A stretch of DNA of 64,000 nucleotides from an uncultured Verrucomicrobiales bacterium (lineage in GTDB: Bacteria; Verrucomicrobiota; Verrucomicrobiia; Verrucomicrobiales; CAZUPP01): positions 13,553-77,552 of the forward strand of contig CAZUPP010000016.1 in NCBI GenBank assembly GCA_964622095.1, in the 5' to 3' direction. Position 1 is the stretch's first letter; each line of letters opens with the position of its first letter. Below the pieces are notes generated by a model. The model saw only the letters and a list, made by a program, of their open reading frames with translations, was not told where the DNA came from and did no database searches. Shown here piece by piece: positions 1 through 10,504 of the stretch. The translations under genes and the position numbers were made by a program.

Positions 1-59
1 TTTCAGTTCGCGGTGGGCCGCTGTCTCAGTGGAATTAGCCAACGGAGCCAGTCGACAGC

Positions 60-476
60 TCAGCTTTTAGCTTTGCCAGCCTTTTTGGCCTTGCCCTTCT
101 TCTTGCTGTCCGTGGCGTCATGCGCCTGCGGAGCCGCCTTGACCGCCAGAGCCTGTTTGCCCTTGCGTTCACGAAGGTAATTCAGCTTGGCGCGACGCAC
201 CTTGCCCTTGCGGTCTACCGTGATCTGGTCGATCCGCGGTGAATGCAGCGGGAAGACACGCTCAACGCCAGTGCCATAGGAAATTCGGCGCACGGTGAAG
301 GACGCGTTTAGTCCCCCGCCCCGGCGGCCAATAACCACACCACTGAAGCGCTGGATGCGTTCCTTGTCCCCCTCCACCACACGGACATACACCGTAATGG
401 TGTCACCGACAGAAAAGCGGGGTAGCCCTTCTTTATACTGCTCTTGCTCGATCTTGCTGATTACATCCATCGTCAT
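60..476 (-). CDS. rplS: 50S ribosomal protein L19
   Basis: Typical L19 sequence ([51 protein letters not shown]); start at 476 or 470. Confidence 0.97.
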   Translation of the reverse strand: MTMDVISKIEQEQYKEGLPRFSVGDTITVYVRVVEGDKERIQRFSGVVIGRRGGGLNASFTVRRISYGTGVERVFPLHSPRIDQITVDRKGKVRRAKLNYLRERKGKQALAVKAAPQAHDATDSKKKGKAKKAGKAKS

Positions 477-623
477 GGCGCACGCTCCTTTCCGCAGCAT
501 AGAAAAAATGCAGGCCGGGCGGTTAGCAGATGAGGAAAGCCCGGAGTTTTAGCGGAGAGGTTGCTTCCTTCAGGTTGAGTTCTTTTGCAACCGCTTTGTG
601 CGGTTAGCCCTGGTTTTTTTGCC

Positions 624-1559
624 TCAACCGCCAAATTCATAGGAAAGCGGTCCGGTGACATCCAGCTTGGCACGAAAGACGCCACCCGCAGCGGGTTGAT
701 CTTCCGGAGGTTCACCATCTACCCGGCCACCCGCGGTGGTGATAAAAAGTTCGTTGCGATCTGGCCCTCCAAAAGCGGTACAGGTCACATTCTTCACAGG
801 AATTTCCAGCTTGCCGAGGATCTTCCCGCTCACCGGGTCAGCCTTGATCACGGCATGGCCACCAAAAAGCGCGATCCACAGGTGGTCCTGATCGTCAATG
901 CACATGCCATCCGGGTGACCCAGCTCTTTGGGGATCTCAATGGCGGGACGCCGGTTGGTGATCTCACCAGTGCGCTTGCTGTAGTCAAAGGCGTCTACCC
1001 GGCCGGTAGGAGTATCGATGTAGTAAAGGGTGTCCTCATGCTTATTCCACGCCAGACCGTTGGAAATGGTCACCCCTTCCACCAGTGTCTCGCTCGTCTT
1101 GTCACGATGCAGCAGGAAAAGCTTTCCGGCTTCTTTCTCTCCCTGAAGTGACATCGTGCCCGCGTAATAGCGCCCCCCCGGCCCAACTTTGGCATCGTTG
1201 AAGCGGTTGCTCAGGCTATGCCCCGGAGGAATGCTGACCGGATCCGTCTTGCCATCCTTATCGTCAAAACTCGCGATGCACTCGCGCACCGCCACAATAT
1301 GCCCACCGCTTTTCCGGAGGGCAATGGCGCCGACCTCCCTTCCGACCACATAGATATCCAACTGATTGCGGGTGAGCGGCTTCCAGGGTTCAGCTCCCGG
1401 ACCCGTCTGCATCGGCTCATGCTTGGGCGCCCGCAGCACCTGATGACTCGGGATATCCACCCAATACATCCTCTTGTTCCGGTGGTCCCACAGCGGTCCT
1501 TCACTTAGCTTGCAGCGGCAGTCCGCGTAGAGCTCCAGGGGATAGTCCAGAATGTCCAT
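624..1559 (-). CDS. SMP-30/gluconolactonase/LRE family protein
   Basis: EGPLW, NRFNDAKV, ISNGLAW, PDGMCID motifs; start trimmed to MDILDYP. Confidence 0.9.
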   Translation of the reverse strand: MDILDYPLELYADCRCKLSEGPLWDHRNKRMYWVDIPSHQVLRAPKHEPMQTGPGAEPWKPLTRNQLDIYVVGREVGAIALRKSGGHIVAVRECIASFDDKDGKTDPVSIPPGHSLSNRFNDAKVGPGGRYYAGTMSLQGEKEAGKLFLLHRDKTSETLVEGVTISNGLAWNKHEDTLYYIDTPTGRVDAFDYSKRTGEITNRRPAIEIPKELGHPDGMCIDDQDHLWIALFGGHAVIKADPVSGKILGKLEIPVKNVTCTAFGGPDRNELFITTAGGRVDGEPPEDQPAAGGVFRAKLDVTGPLSYEFGG

Positions 1560-1674
1560 TGCTCCCGGACTTTGCCGTGCGCGTTTTGCGCCTGTCCAGT
1601 CTGCAATTGAACCAATCGCATCTCTCGTGCTGTCTGAGTGGTGCTTTTCTTTAACTAACACCCGATCTGCCCTG

Positions 1675-2133
1675 ATGAGTCACGCATTGGAACAAAAAGC
1701 TACCGTCCAACTTTCCCTCACCTGCAAGAGTGCCGGTGAAGCTCTGGAATTCTATAAGAAGGCCCTTGGCGCCACGGAACTCTATCGCATGCCCACTCCG
1801 GATGGTGGGGTGGCTCATGCTGAATTCATTATTGGAAACACGCAGATCTACATCTCGGACGAAGATCCTGCATTTGGTGCGATAGCTATGCCAGAAGGTC
1901 AGATGGCCTCCTGCCTTTTTGCCATTCGCACGGATGACTGTGATGCGGCCTTCAAACAGGCAACTGATGCAGGGGCGAAGAGCCTGGCTGATCCGGAAGA
2001 TAAATTCTGGGGAGAACGGGCCGCGGTGATCAGAGATCCCTATGGCTACCGCTGGAGTTTCGGTCAGATCACGGAGGAATTGACCCCGGAAGAAGTCGAA
2101 AAGCGGGCGCAGGAATTCTTCAGTCAGGCTTGA
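1675..2133 (+). CDS. VOC/glyoxalase (PhnB-like) family protein
   Basis: ALEFYKKALGA, HAEF.IG, D.FWGER...RDPYGYRW motifs. Confidence 0.9.
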   Translation: MSHALEQKATVQLSLTCKSAGEALEFYKKALGATELYRMPTPDGGVAHAEFIIGNTQIYISDEDPAFGAIAMPEGQMASCLFAIRTDDCDAAFKQATDAGAKSLADPEDKFWGERAAVIRDPYGYRWSFGQITEELTPEEVEKRAQEFFSQA

Positions 2134-2190
2134 TGGAAGTCCGGCCTCGACGCTTGCGTTGTTCACGGGTGAACGGCACAAGGAAGGCCT

Positions 2191-4275
2191 ATGCCGAAGA
2201 CGCCTGAAAAATCTCCTGCCGCTCCCGCTGCGAGCGAGTCCTCTGTCGAGCCCATCGCTGATTTTAAGGATCTGGCCAAGGTGGAGCCTGCGGTTCTGCA
2301 AAGCGGACCGGGCCGGGGCGAATTCTATCTGATCAGCGCCGAGCCACGGCCGAAAGCTCATCCGGTCGATCCCCTGGAGGCTCCCTTTGAACTGCCGGGC
2401 GCCGGCCGGTGGATGGCCCTGAGCATGGTAAACTGGTATTGGATGGAGCCATTCTTCGGAAGGGACTTATGGGAAATCCCTCGCGAGACACAGTTCCTGC
2501 TCTGCGAGGTGGAAAGAATCGAGGCGAGCGCTGAGAAGCTCTATCGCGTTCTCATCCCGCTGATCACAGAGAAATCCCGCGCTACCATCCGGGGCACAAC
2601 TCGCGGGGAAGCCACCCTTCGCCTGCGTTGGAGCAGTGGCATGCCGCGAGAGACCGAGACAGAGGATGCCTGCCTCCTGTTTGCCGCGGAGGGACCAGAC
2701 CCATACGCCCTGATTCGTGATGGGATGACCGCCATCGCGGCACGACTGAAGACTTTCCGGCTGCGTGAGGAAAAGCGCCGTCCGGAGGTGTTGGATCACC
2801 TGGGCTGGTGCACGTGGGACGCTTTCTATCAGGAAGTCACGCACGACAAAGTGCTCGATGGTCTGGAGCAACTGCACAAGGCAGGGGTAAAACCCGGCTT
2901 CATCATTTTGGATGATGGCTGGCTCACCATTGATGGCGAATACCTGGCCGGCTTTGAAGCTGATCCTGAGAAGTTTCCGGAAGGCCTGGCTGGTCTTGGT
3001 AAGGCTCTGAAAGAGCGCTTTGGCGTCCATCTCTTTGGTATCTGGCACGCTTTCCCCGGTTATTGGGCCGGCGTGAGCATCGAAAAATTTGGCGCTGACT
3101 ACGGAATAGTTGAAACGAGTGGAGCCATCCGGCCCTGGGATCACCGGGATACCGCGCTGAATTTCATCGATCCGGATGATATCTCCCGCTTCTATCAGGA
3201 CTTCCACGGCAGGCTGCGGGAGTGGGGAGTGGATCTGATCAAGGTCGATGGCCAATCTTCCCTGGAGTTATTCAGCAAGGGCTGGGAAACACGGGTCCGC
3301 GCGATGGGCCGTTATCAGGAAGCCCTTCAGGCCAGTGCGGCGCGGAACTTTGGGGACAATCTGATCCATTGCATGTGCAATCAGAGTGATGTGCTCATGC
3401 AGATGGTGAGCAGCAGCGTGTGGCGTAATTCTGATGATTTCTTCCCGAAACGCGGCCTTCAGCAGCAACTGAAGCACATTCATATGAATGGGCTCAACGC
3501 GCTCCTCACTCACGCTGTCACCTGGCCGGACTGGGATATGTTCCAAAGCGGCTTCAAGCAGGCGGAGTTCCACGCGGTAGGCCGCGCCATTTCCGGCGGA
3601 CCGGTTTATCTGAGTGATGCGCCCGGTGGGCATCAGCCAGAGATAATAAAGCGCCTGTGTTTCCAGGATGGCAGCGTGCCGCGTTGGGAGCAGCCCGCTC
3701 TTCCGGCCGAGGATTGTCTGCTGACGGATTGCTGCCGGGAACAAAAGCTTTTCAAGGTTTACAACTTCGCTGGAGACAAGGGCCGGGCCCAACTGGCCTG
3801 CTTCAATTGCCGTTTCCGGCTGCATGAGAATGACCCCGCACCGGTCCAAACGGAGGCCGTTGCGCCAGCCGCGGTTCATGGCCTGGAGGGCGAACGCTTT
3901 GCCGTCTGGCGTTTTTATCGTGAGGAGCTTCAGGTTCTCACGCGGGAGGAGACGATCGAGCTGAGCCTGGATGAGGCCACCGCGGAAATGCTTTTCATCA
4001 GCGCGATCGACAAACACGGCATCGCGCCCCTTGGACATCTCCGGAAGCTGGCTGGCCTGACCGAGGCTGGCGAGGGCCGAAGGATCGATGCGGACCTGCT
4101 GCTATGGAAAGTCCGCAAACCGGGTAACCTGGGATTTTACATGGAAAAGGCACCTACGGAAGTGCGGTCCGGTGAGGGCACGGTGAGCTTCCACTTCAAT
4201 CCCGCCAGCCGCTTGCTGACGCTGGATTGTCACGGTGTCCCCGGGCCGGTTGAGCTGGAAATCTATTTTTCCTGA
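2191..4275 (+). CDS. Sip1/raffinose-synthase-related alpha-galactosidase (GH36)
   Basis: LGWCTWDAFY, IILDDGW, KVDGQ, RNSDDF, PDWDMFQS, RAISGGPVYLSD motifs. Confidence 0.92.
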   Translation: MPKTPEKSPAAPAASESSVEPIADFKDLAKVEPAVLQSGPGRGEFYLISAEPRPKAHPVDPLEAPFELPGAGRWMALSMVNWYWMEPFFGRDLWEIPRETQFLLCEVERIEASAEKLYRVLIPLITEKSRATIRGTTRGEATLRLRWSSGMPRETETEDACLLFAAEGPDPYALIRDGMTAIAARLKTFRLREEKRRPEVLDHLGWCTWDAFYQEVTHDKVLDGLEQLHKAGVKPGFIILDDGWLTIDGEYLAGFEADPEKFPEGLAGLGKALKERFGVHLFGIWHAFPGYWAGVSIEKFGADYGIVETSGAIRPWDHRDTALNFIDPDDISRFYQDFHGRLREWGVDLIKVDGQSSLELFSKGWETRVRAMGRYQEALQASAARNFGDNLIHCMCNQSDVLMQMVSSSVWRNSDDFFPKRGLQQQLKHIHMNGLNALLTHAVTWPDWDMFQSGFKQAEFHAVGRAISGGPVYLSDAPGGHQPEIIKRLCFQDGSVPRWEQPALPAEDCLLTDCCREQKLFKVYNFAGDKGRAQLACFNCRFRLHENDPAPVQTEAVAPAAVHGLEGERFAVWRFYREELQVLTREETIELSLDEATAEMLFISAIDKHGIAPLGHLRKLAGLTEAGEGRRIDADLLLWKVRKPGNLGFYMEKAPTEVRSGEGTVSFHFNPASRLLTLDCHGVPGPVELEIYFS

Positions 4276-4277
4276 GT

Positions 4278-4304
4278 CGTTTCGACGGGCGCGAGGTCGA
4301 AAAC
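4278..4304. terminator. 9-bp stem hairpin downstream of GH36 gene
   Basis: cgtttcgac-N9-gtcgaaacg perfect inverted repeat; no clear U-tract. Confidence 0.35.
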
Positions 4305-4360
4305 GGCACTCGCAGTTAGCGATTGAATAAATCGATCGGCCACCTTTGTTCCCTGACATC

Positions 4361-6073
4361 ATGATCTCGACGTTTCTTTCTCGGTCCCGTTTCACTTTGC
4401 CGGCTCTTCTGGCTGTCGTTGGTTTTGCTTCCGGGCAGGTTGCTTTGGCCCAGGAGTCGTCCACCAAGCTGAAACTTAAGTTCGCGTCAGAGGACGTGAA
4501 CGCGGAACAGGAAATCAGCATTGAGATGGATGGCGAGATGAAGAAGCTCGCCCAGGAAAATCTGCGGCTGAAGCTTCAGATGGGGCTGGATCTCCAAAAG
4601 CTGCGCAATGAGCTTGCCGAGCTGAAAACCAACAAGGAGCGCATGGAGCTGGAACTGGCCGCGCTGGAAGCCGAGCAAAAACTCGAAGTCGCCCGGATCA
4701 ATAAGGACAAAGAAAAGCTTCAGGCTGAAGCCGAATTGAAGCTGGAAGAAACGCGCTCCCGCACGGCGGAACTTGAGGCCAGAAAAACCGAGCTGGCGGC
4801 GGAGATCGCTTTGGACCAAGAAAAGCTCCAGGCTGATCTCCTCGCGGTCCGGGCGGAAACAGAAAAACTCCAGGCTGAACAGGAACGCGCCCTGGCTGAG
4901 GTCGAAAGCGTGAAGGGCGAATACGACAAGGCGATTGCTGAGCTGACCAAGGAAAAAGAGAAACTCGAGGCTGAAGTGGAATTGGCAAAGGCCAAAAACG
5001 CCTCGGAAAATTTGACGCCGCTCGAAATTCAACAGGCCAAACTGCGGGAAGAAATCGATGCGCTCGAAAAAGAGATCGAGTTGACCCGCGCCGAAGCAAA
5101 GGCTCAGGCCTTTGAAGATCTCCTCGCGGATAGTTCAGAGTACCGGTTGTATCTTGCGGAAACTGAACTTTACACCGCTCGCGCCGCCGCCCGCGCAAGC
5201 GAGTCCGAGGCCCATGTCAGTGAAGGTGAAATCGCTACGCAGCTTGTCGAGAACGAAACCCGTCTCATGGACGAAGAGATGGATCGCCTGAGCAAGCGTG
5301 ACGACTGGAATGAATTTGACTATGATGAAGTCATTTATACCACTGAGCCTTTCAAGGGTGGCGTACTGACCATCAGTGACCGCCGCATTCAGATGAATAG
5401 CGTTATTACCTCGGACACGGCCAAGCACGTCACCGAGATGATTGATTACTACAATAATAAGAGCACAAAGTATCCTATCTTTATTGTCATTGATACAAAC
5501 CCAGGTGGCTCGGTCATGGCCGGTTACAGGATCGTCAAGAGTATTCAGGGCAGCGAAGCCCCGGTGCATGTGGTTGTGAAATCCTATGCCGCCAGCATGG
5601 CCGCGGCCATCACCGCCCTGGCGCCGGAATCCTATGCCTATCCCAATGCGATTATTCATCACCACCAGATGTCATCGTTTAATTACGGAAATCTGACACA
5701 GCAGAAAGAACAATTGGCAGAAGCTCAGGAATGGTGGAATCGCCTGGCTGGACCGATCGCCGAGAAGATGGGCATTACCCTCGAAGAATTTGTCGATAAA
5801 ATGTATGAAGTGAATTCCGAAGGGGAATGGAAAGAATTCGCCGATGTGGCCGTCGAGTTAAATTGGGTAAATAACATCGTCACCGAGGTGCAGGAAGAAG
5901 GTCTGAAGAAAAAGCCAGAGGAGGAGCGGCCCAGTTATCCGTGGTTCCTGCTTCAGGAAAAAATCGACGATAAGGGTCTGCCATACGTCGAACTGCCACG
6001 CCTGCAGCCCTATGACGCATGGTATCTGCATAACCCGGACGGCTACTATCGCCTTCCCGGAACGTTGAATTAG
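4361..6073 (+). CDS. Exported protein: signal peptide + long coiled coil + ClpP-like peptidase domain
   Basis: N-terminal signal (..VALA-QE), E/K/L/A heptad-rich region, then IDTNPGGSV, YAASMAA (catalytic Ser) and IIHHHQ (His) motifs of the ClpP/crotonase fold. Confidence 0.8.
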   Translation: MISTFLSRSRFTLPALLAVVGFASGQVALAQESSTKLKLKFASEDVNAEQEISIEMDGEMKKLAQENLRLKLQMGLDLQKLRNELAELKTNKERMELELAALEAEQKLEVARINKDKEKLQAEAELKLEETRSRTAELEARKTELAAEIALDQEKLQADLLAVRAETEKLQAEQERALAEVESVKGEYDKAIAELTKEKEKLEAEVELAKAKNASENLTPLEIQQAKLREEIDALEKEIELTRAEAKAQAFEDLLADSSEYRLYLAETELYTARAAARASESEAHVSEGEIATQLVENETRLMDEEMDRLSKRDDWNEFDYDEVIYTTEPFKGGVLTISDRRIQMNSVITSDTAKHVTEMIDYYNNKSTKYPIFIVIDTNPGGSVMAGYRIVKSIQGSEAPVHVVVKSYAASMAAAITALAPESYAYPNAIIHHHQMSSFNYGNLTQQKEQLAEAQEWWNRLAGPIAEKMGITLEEFVDKMYEVNSEGEWKEFADVAVELNWVNNIVTEVQEEGLKKKPEEERPSYPWFLLQEKIDDKGLPYVELPRLQPYDAWYLHNPDGYYRLPGTLN

Positions 6074-6080
6074 GCTGGAA

Positions 6081-7619
6081 CTATTCCTGCCGCAGAGCGC
6101 GGACGGGATCCAGGCGGGCGGCGATCCAGGCCGGAATGAGTGCGGCGAGGGAGCAGATAACAAATGCTCCCGCACAAATAATGGTCACGTCTATGGGCAC
6201 GACTTTGGCAGGCAATTCGTTCAGGCGATAGATGGCCTGTGGAAATAGTTCAAAGCCCGTCGCTTTCCGCAACCCCGCCAGAATCTCGTTACGATTGAAA
6301 ACCACGAGCAAACCGGTCGCCAGACCGGTTATGCTGCCCAGCACGCCAACAATCATTCCCTGGGCCAGAAATACCCAGACGATTTGATTTACATTCGCAC
6401 CCAGCGCTTTCATCACACCGATTTCCCGAGTCTTCTGCACGGTTACCGTGATCATCGTGTTCATCACACAAAACGCCGCCACGATCAGAATAATAAATAG
6501 AAGAAAAAACTGAATGTTCCGCTCAACGACAATGGAATTCAGAATTTGCGCGTTGCGGTCCGTCCAGCTCATCGCCTGCGGAATGGGGAAAGCACCCGTT
6601 TCATTCGCCCATGACTGGAGTTCCTCATTTAATTCATCTCTGACAAAGTCCGCCCGGTAGGGATCAGTTGTTTTCGCGGAGATCCCGTGGACGGCGTCGA
6701 AAAGTGAATAGATTTCCTGGCCAATGTGAAGGGGCACAAAAATAAAGTCGCCGTCATAGATGCCGTGCCCCGTTTCAAAAACACCGGTCACCTCAACCTC
6801 GATCGGCTGCACGATCTGTTCGATGCGATTCAGCTCATCTTCGGTCAGGCCAGACGCGCTCACCGTTTCTGCCGTTTCCCGCGCGGTCGGCATGATCTCT
6901 TCCGCCTCTTCTACGGTGGCGGGTTCATCGTTATTTTCTGCTGGGGGCGCTGATTCCTCGGGCTCTGGCTCGTTGCCACCGGTTTCCTCTGGTGCGTAGC
7001 GCTGCTCCGCCTCCTCCTCGCGCTCCGCTTTGATAGCGTTAATTTCATCGAGTACCTGCTGGAGATTCCCCGGCGGGTAAATGATGAATTTCTCTCCGAC
7101 AGCGAGGCCCATGTTCTCGGCGAAACCTTTCCCGATGATGGCCTGATCTGAGTAAAGCGGCAGGTAGCCATCCTCCAGCTCGCCGGCGATGAGAAATTCT
7201 TCCGCCATGGAGGTGACGTCCTTATCCAGTTCCGGATCAATCGCGCGAATAATAGGCGCTCGAACCAGATTCTTGTACTGGATCAGGACCGGACCCTGCA
7301 CAAAGGGCGAGGCGTGGAGCACATCCTTATCCGCTTCCATCACATCCAGGATTTCCGGCCAGTCCGTGATGAGTTCGCCGTTGCCGACCACGATGTGGGA
7401 CTCAAACTTCAGGATCTTTTCGCGCATCTCCAGGTCGAAGCCTGTCATGACAGAGATGACCACGACCAGAACGGCAATGCCCAATGTGACCCCGATCACG
7501 GATATCAGGGTGATCACGGAGACGAACGTCCGCTTCGGCTTCAGATAGCGCCAGGCCAGGAACAGGCTGAATGGCCAGGAGGTATTGCTTGAGCGGCTGG
7601 TGGCGTCCTTCTTTGTCAT
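6081..7619 (-). CDS. LolC/LolE-family ABC transporter permease (FtsX-like)
   Basis: LAWRYL, ISVIGVTLGIAVLVVVISVMTGF, QKTREIGVMKALGA, PAW.AARLDPV.ALR motifs. Confidence 0.92.
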   Translation of the reverse strand: MTKKDATSRSSNTSWPFSLFLAWRYLKPKRTFVSVITLISVIGVTLGIAVLVVVISVMTGFDLEMREKILKFESHIVVGNGELITDWPEILDVMEADKDVLHASPFVQGPVLIQYKNLVRAPIIRAIDPELDKDVTSMAEEFLIAGELEDGYLPLYSDQAIIGKGFAENMGLAVGEKFIIYPPGNLQQVLDEINAIKAEREEEAEQRYAPEETGGNEPEPEESAPPAENNDEPATVEEAEEIMPTARETAETVSASGLTEDELNRIEQIVQPIEVEVTGVFETGHGIYDGDFIFVPLHIGQEIYSLFDAVHGISAKTTDPYRADFVRDELNEELQSWANETGAFPIPQAMSWTDRNAQILNSIVVERNIQFFLLFIILIVAAFCVMNTMITVTVQKTREIGVMKALGANVNQIVWVFLAQGMIVGVLGSITGLATGLLVVFNRNEILAGLRKATGFELFPQAIYRLNELPAKVVPIDVTIICAGAFVICSLAALIPAWIAARLDPVRALRQE

Positions 7620-7749
7620 GAGATGGTGGTGAGGTCAGGACAAAGCCTAATCCGCCCGGAAGCTCAAGGGCGAATAATTTGACATTGCCCGGCCACAACG
7701 GGAGGCTGAGTGCCCGTTTCAGATTGGTCATCGCGATCTACCCTCACTG

Positions 7750-8472
7750 ATGTTTACCGGACTTGTTGAAGAAGTAAGTGAAATCCACTCCCTCCGGCGG
7801 AGTGAAGATGGGTATGTGCTGACCGTCTCCGCTCCCAAGATCTGCGATGGCCTGAGGGAAGGCGAAAGCGTGGCAGTGAATGGAGTGTGCCTGACGGTGA
7901 GGCGCCTGCGCGGGCGGCAAGTGAGCTTCAATGTCCTGCAGGAAACCATGGACCGGACGAACCTGCAGCGCGCCCGGCCGGGCAAGAAGGTCAACCTGGA
8001 GCGGGCGGTGCGCGCGGGTAATCCGATGGGCGGTCACGTAGTGCAGGGCCACGTGGATTGTGTCGCGCGGCTGATCAAATATGCCCCCGTGCGCAGTGAC
8101 CACCAGCTGGTCGTTGAGCTGCCAAAGGAGTTTTCTCATTATATCGTCTACAAAGGGAGCATTTGTGTGGAGGGCGTCAGCCTCACAGTCTCTGAGATTG
8201 GACCGGACTATTTCACCTGCTGGATCGTGCGCCACACCCACGAAAACACGAATCTGCATAGCCTGCGCATCGGCACGATCGTGAATCTGGAGTTCGATAT
8301 CCTCGCTAAGTATGTCGAGCGCATCCTCTACATCCGTGGCGAAGAGCAGCCCGTGAAACCAAAGACGCAACGAGTGGAGCCGAGGCCGGAGCCCGAGCCG
8401 GAAGAGGTCACCGGCACCATTCTCGCTGAGACGGTAGAATGGACGGAGGCAGACGATGAGCGCGGCAAGTGA
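7750..8472 (+). CDS. ribE: Riboflavin synthase (alpha chain)
   Basis: MFTGLVEE start, SVAVNGVCLTV, VNLERA, GGHVVQGHVD, VNLEFD. Confidence 0.96.
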   Translation: MFTGLVEEVSEIHSLRRSEDGYVLTVSAPKICDGLREGESVAVNGVCLTVRRLRGRQVSFNVLQETMDRTNLQRARPGKKVNLERAVRAGNPMGGHVVQGHVDCVARLIKYAPVRSDHQLVVELPKEFSHYIVYKGSICVEGVSLTVSEIGPDYFTCWIVRHTHENTNLHSLRIGTIVNLEFDILAKYVERILYIRGEEQPVKPKTQRVEPRPEPEPEEVTGTILAETVEWTEADDERGK

Positions 8473-9361
8473 ATCCGCCCTGCTTGAGCTTCCTCCCTTA
8501 CCTGGCCTGCAACGGCTCCGCAGCGGCAAGGTCAGGGAAGTGTTTGCGCTGCATGATCCTGCGCAGCTGCTGATCGTGGCGACCGATCGCATTTCCGCCT
8601 ACGACTGCGTTTTGCCCAATGGTATTCCGGGCAAGGGGCAACTGCTTACCCAGATGAGCGTGTTCTGGTTTGAGAAATTAGCCTCCATCGTGCCGAACCA
8701 CCTGATCTCAGTCGATCTCTCCGGATTGGCTGATACTCTTGGCGATCATCGAGGCCTGCTGGAGGGACGTGCCATGATTGTCGAGAAAACCGAGCCGGTC
8801 CGGCTGGAGTGCGTGGTGCGCGGCTATCTGGCGGGATCAGGCTGGGTGGAGTATCAGCGTGCGGCTACCCTGGGAGGGGAAAGCATGCCAGACGGACTCC
8901 GCGAGGCAGAGCGTTTGCCGGAACCCGTCTTTACTCCGACGACCAAGCCGGAACACGGTAAGGATGAACCGGTTTCCTGGGCCGAAGCCGTGGAAATCAC
9001 GGGAGGAATGGAAACCGCGACATTCCTGCGGGACCGGAGCCTTCAGCTTTACGCGGCAGCCCATGAATATGCCCTGCATCGCGGCATAATTATCGCCGAT
9101 ACGAAGTTCGAGTTCGGACGCCGTGCCGACGGGAAACTGATTTTGATCGATGAAGCGCTGACGCCGGATTCAAGCCGGTTTTGGCCGGTGGGTGAGTACG
9201 AACCGGGCCGCGCCCAGCCGAGTTTCGACAAGCAATTTGTAAGAGATTTTCTCTCTTCGAGTGGCTGGAACAGGCAGCCGCCCGCGCCGGATCTGCCCGC
9301 AGAGGTGGTCGGCCATACCCGCGCCAAATATCAGGAAGCCTGGCGGCGCCTGAGTGAGTGA
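8456..9361 (+). CDS. purC: Phosphoribosylaminoimidazole-succinocarboxamide synthase
   Basis: GKVRE, ATDRISAYD, ECVVRGYLAGSGW, IADTKFEFG, DEALTPDSSRFW, SFDKQFVRD. Confidence 0.97.
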   Translation: MSAASESALLELPPLPGLQRLRSGKVREVFALHDPAQLLIVATDRISAYDCVLPNGIPGKGQLLTQMSVFWFEKLASIVPNHLISVDLSGLADTLGDHRGLLEGRAMIVEKTEPVRLECVVRGYLAGSGWVEYQRAATLGGESMPDGLREAERLPEPVFTPTTKPEHGKDEPVSWAEAVEITGGMETATFLRDRSLQLYAAAHEYALHRGIIIADTKFEFGRRADGKLILIDEALTPDSSRFWPVGEYEPGRAQPSFDKQFVRDFLSSSGWNRQPPAPDLPAEVVGHTRAKYQEAWRRLSE

Positions 9362-10476
9362 GATTGTCTCTTGCTTATCTCCCTGCCGCTCGCGTTATTG
9401 CCGGTGTGCAGAGCACGCCGCGCCCCATTTTTGGATTGTCTCAGGAGGAAGTCAGTTCAGTCCTCCAGCAGGCCGGGGAGCCGGTCTTTCGCAGTCGGCA
9501 ACTGCTGCAGTGGATTTATGAAAAACGGGTGTGGGATTTCACCCGCATGACCAATTTGCCATCTTCCCTGCGGACAAAACTTTCCTCCATCTTCTCGCTT
9601 GTACTGCCGGAGTATGTCCTGCATACTGGCAGCATCGACACGACTCGCAAATTTCTGCTGCGGCTCCGTGATGGTGCCCTGGTGGAAACCGTGCTGATTC
9701 CGGCAACGCCGGGTCGGCAAGGGGAGCGGGCTCGTCGGCGCACGTTATGCGTTTCATCTCAGGTCGGCTGTGCGTATGGCTGCAGATTCTGCGCAAGTGG
9801 ACTGGATGGGTGGAAGCGTCACCTCAGTGCCGATGAGATTGTCGGTCAGGTCCTTCGGGTTGAGCAGGAAACCGGCGAGCGCGTGCAGAACCTGGTTTTT
9901 ATGGGGATGGGTGAGCCCTTGGCGAACTATCACGCAGTCTTGGGCGCTATCCGGATTCTGAATGCTCCCTGGGCGGTGAACATCGGTGCACGGCAAATCA
10001 CCGTTTCCACCAGTGGTCTGGTTCCGGAGATCCGAAAATTTGCTGATGAACCGGGGCAACTGCGTCTGGCCATCTCCCTGCATGGCGCCACCGATGAAGT
10101 GCGCACCCAGATCATGCCGGTCAACCGGAAGTATCCGTTGTCCGAGCTGATGGATGCCTGCAGATATTACCTGACCCGCCGCAAGCAGAAAATCAGCTTT
10201 GAATACATCCTGATCAAAGACCTCAATGATGGACCCGATCAGGCTCTTCGGCTGGCACAGCTTTTGCAGGGAATGGATTGTAAGGTGAACCTGATCCCAT
10301 ACAACACCGTGGAGGGCCTGGCATGGAAACGCCCTGCTCCGCATGTGCAAGACGCTTTTTTGCGCCGGCTCCAGCAAAGTTCCATCCAGGCAACCATTCG
10401 CACAGAAAAAGGCCACGACATTGACGCGGCCTGCGGACAATTAAGGCTCCGGCGCGAAAAAGAAGTAGCGGTCTAA
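9358..10476 (+). CDS. rlmN: Dual-specificity RNA methyltransferase RlmN (radical SAM)
   Basis: CVSSQVGCAYGCRFC, FMGMGEP, VNLIPYN, DIDAACGQL; start uncertain. Confidence 0.96.
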   Translation: MRLSLAYLPAARVIAGVQSTPRPIFGLSQEEVSSVLQQAGEPVFRSRQLLQWIYEKRVWDFTRMTNLPSSLRTKLSSIFSLVLPEYVLHTGSIDTTRKFLLRLRDGALVETVLIPATPGRQGERARRRTLCVSSQVGCAYGCRFCASGLDGWKRHLSADEIVGQVLRVEQETGERVQNLVFMGMGEPLANYHAVLGAIRILNAPWAVNIGARQITVSTSGLVPEIRKFADEPGQLRLAISLHGATDEVRTQIMPVNRKYPLSELMDACRYYLTRRKQKISFEYILIKDLNDGPDQALRLAQLLQGMDCKVNLIPYNTVEGLAWKRPAPHVQDAFLRRLQQSSIQATIRTEKGHDIDAACGQLRLRREKEVAV

Positions 10477-10504
10477 ACCATCAGCATATAAGGAGAACTT
10501 CGGC

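Noticed and set aside
7620-7749. FMN riboswitch upstream of ribE
   Set aside because: No RFN-element consensus seen in this short divergent intergenic region
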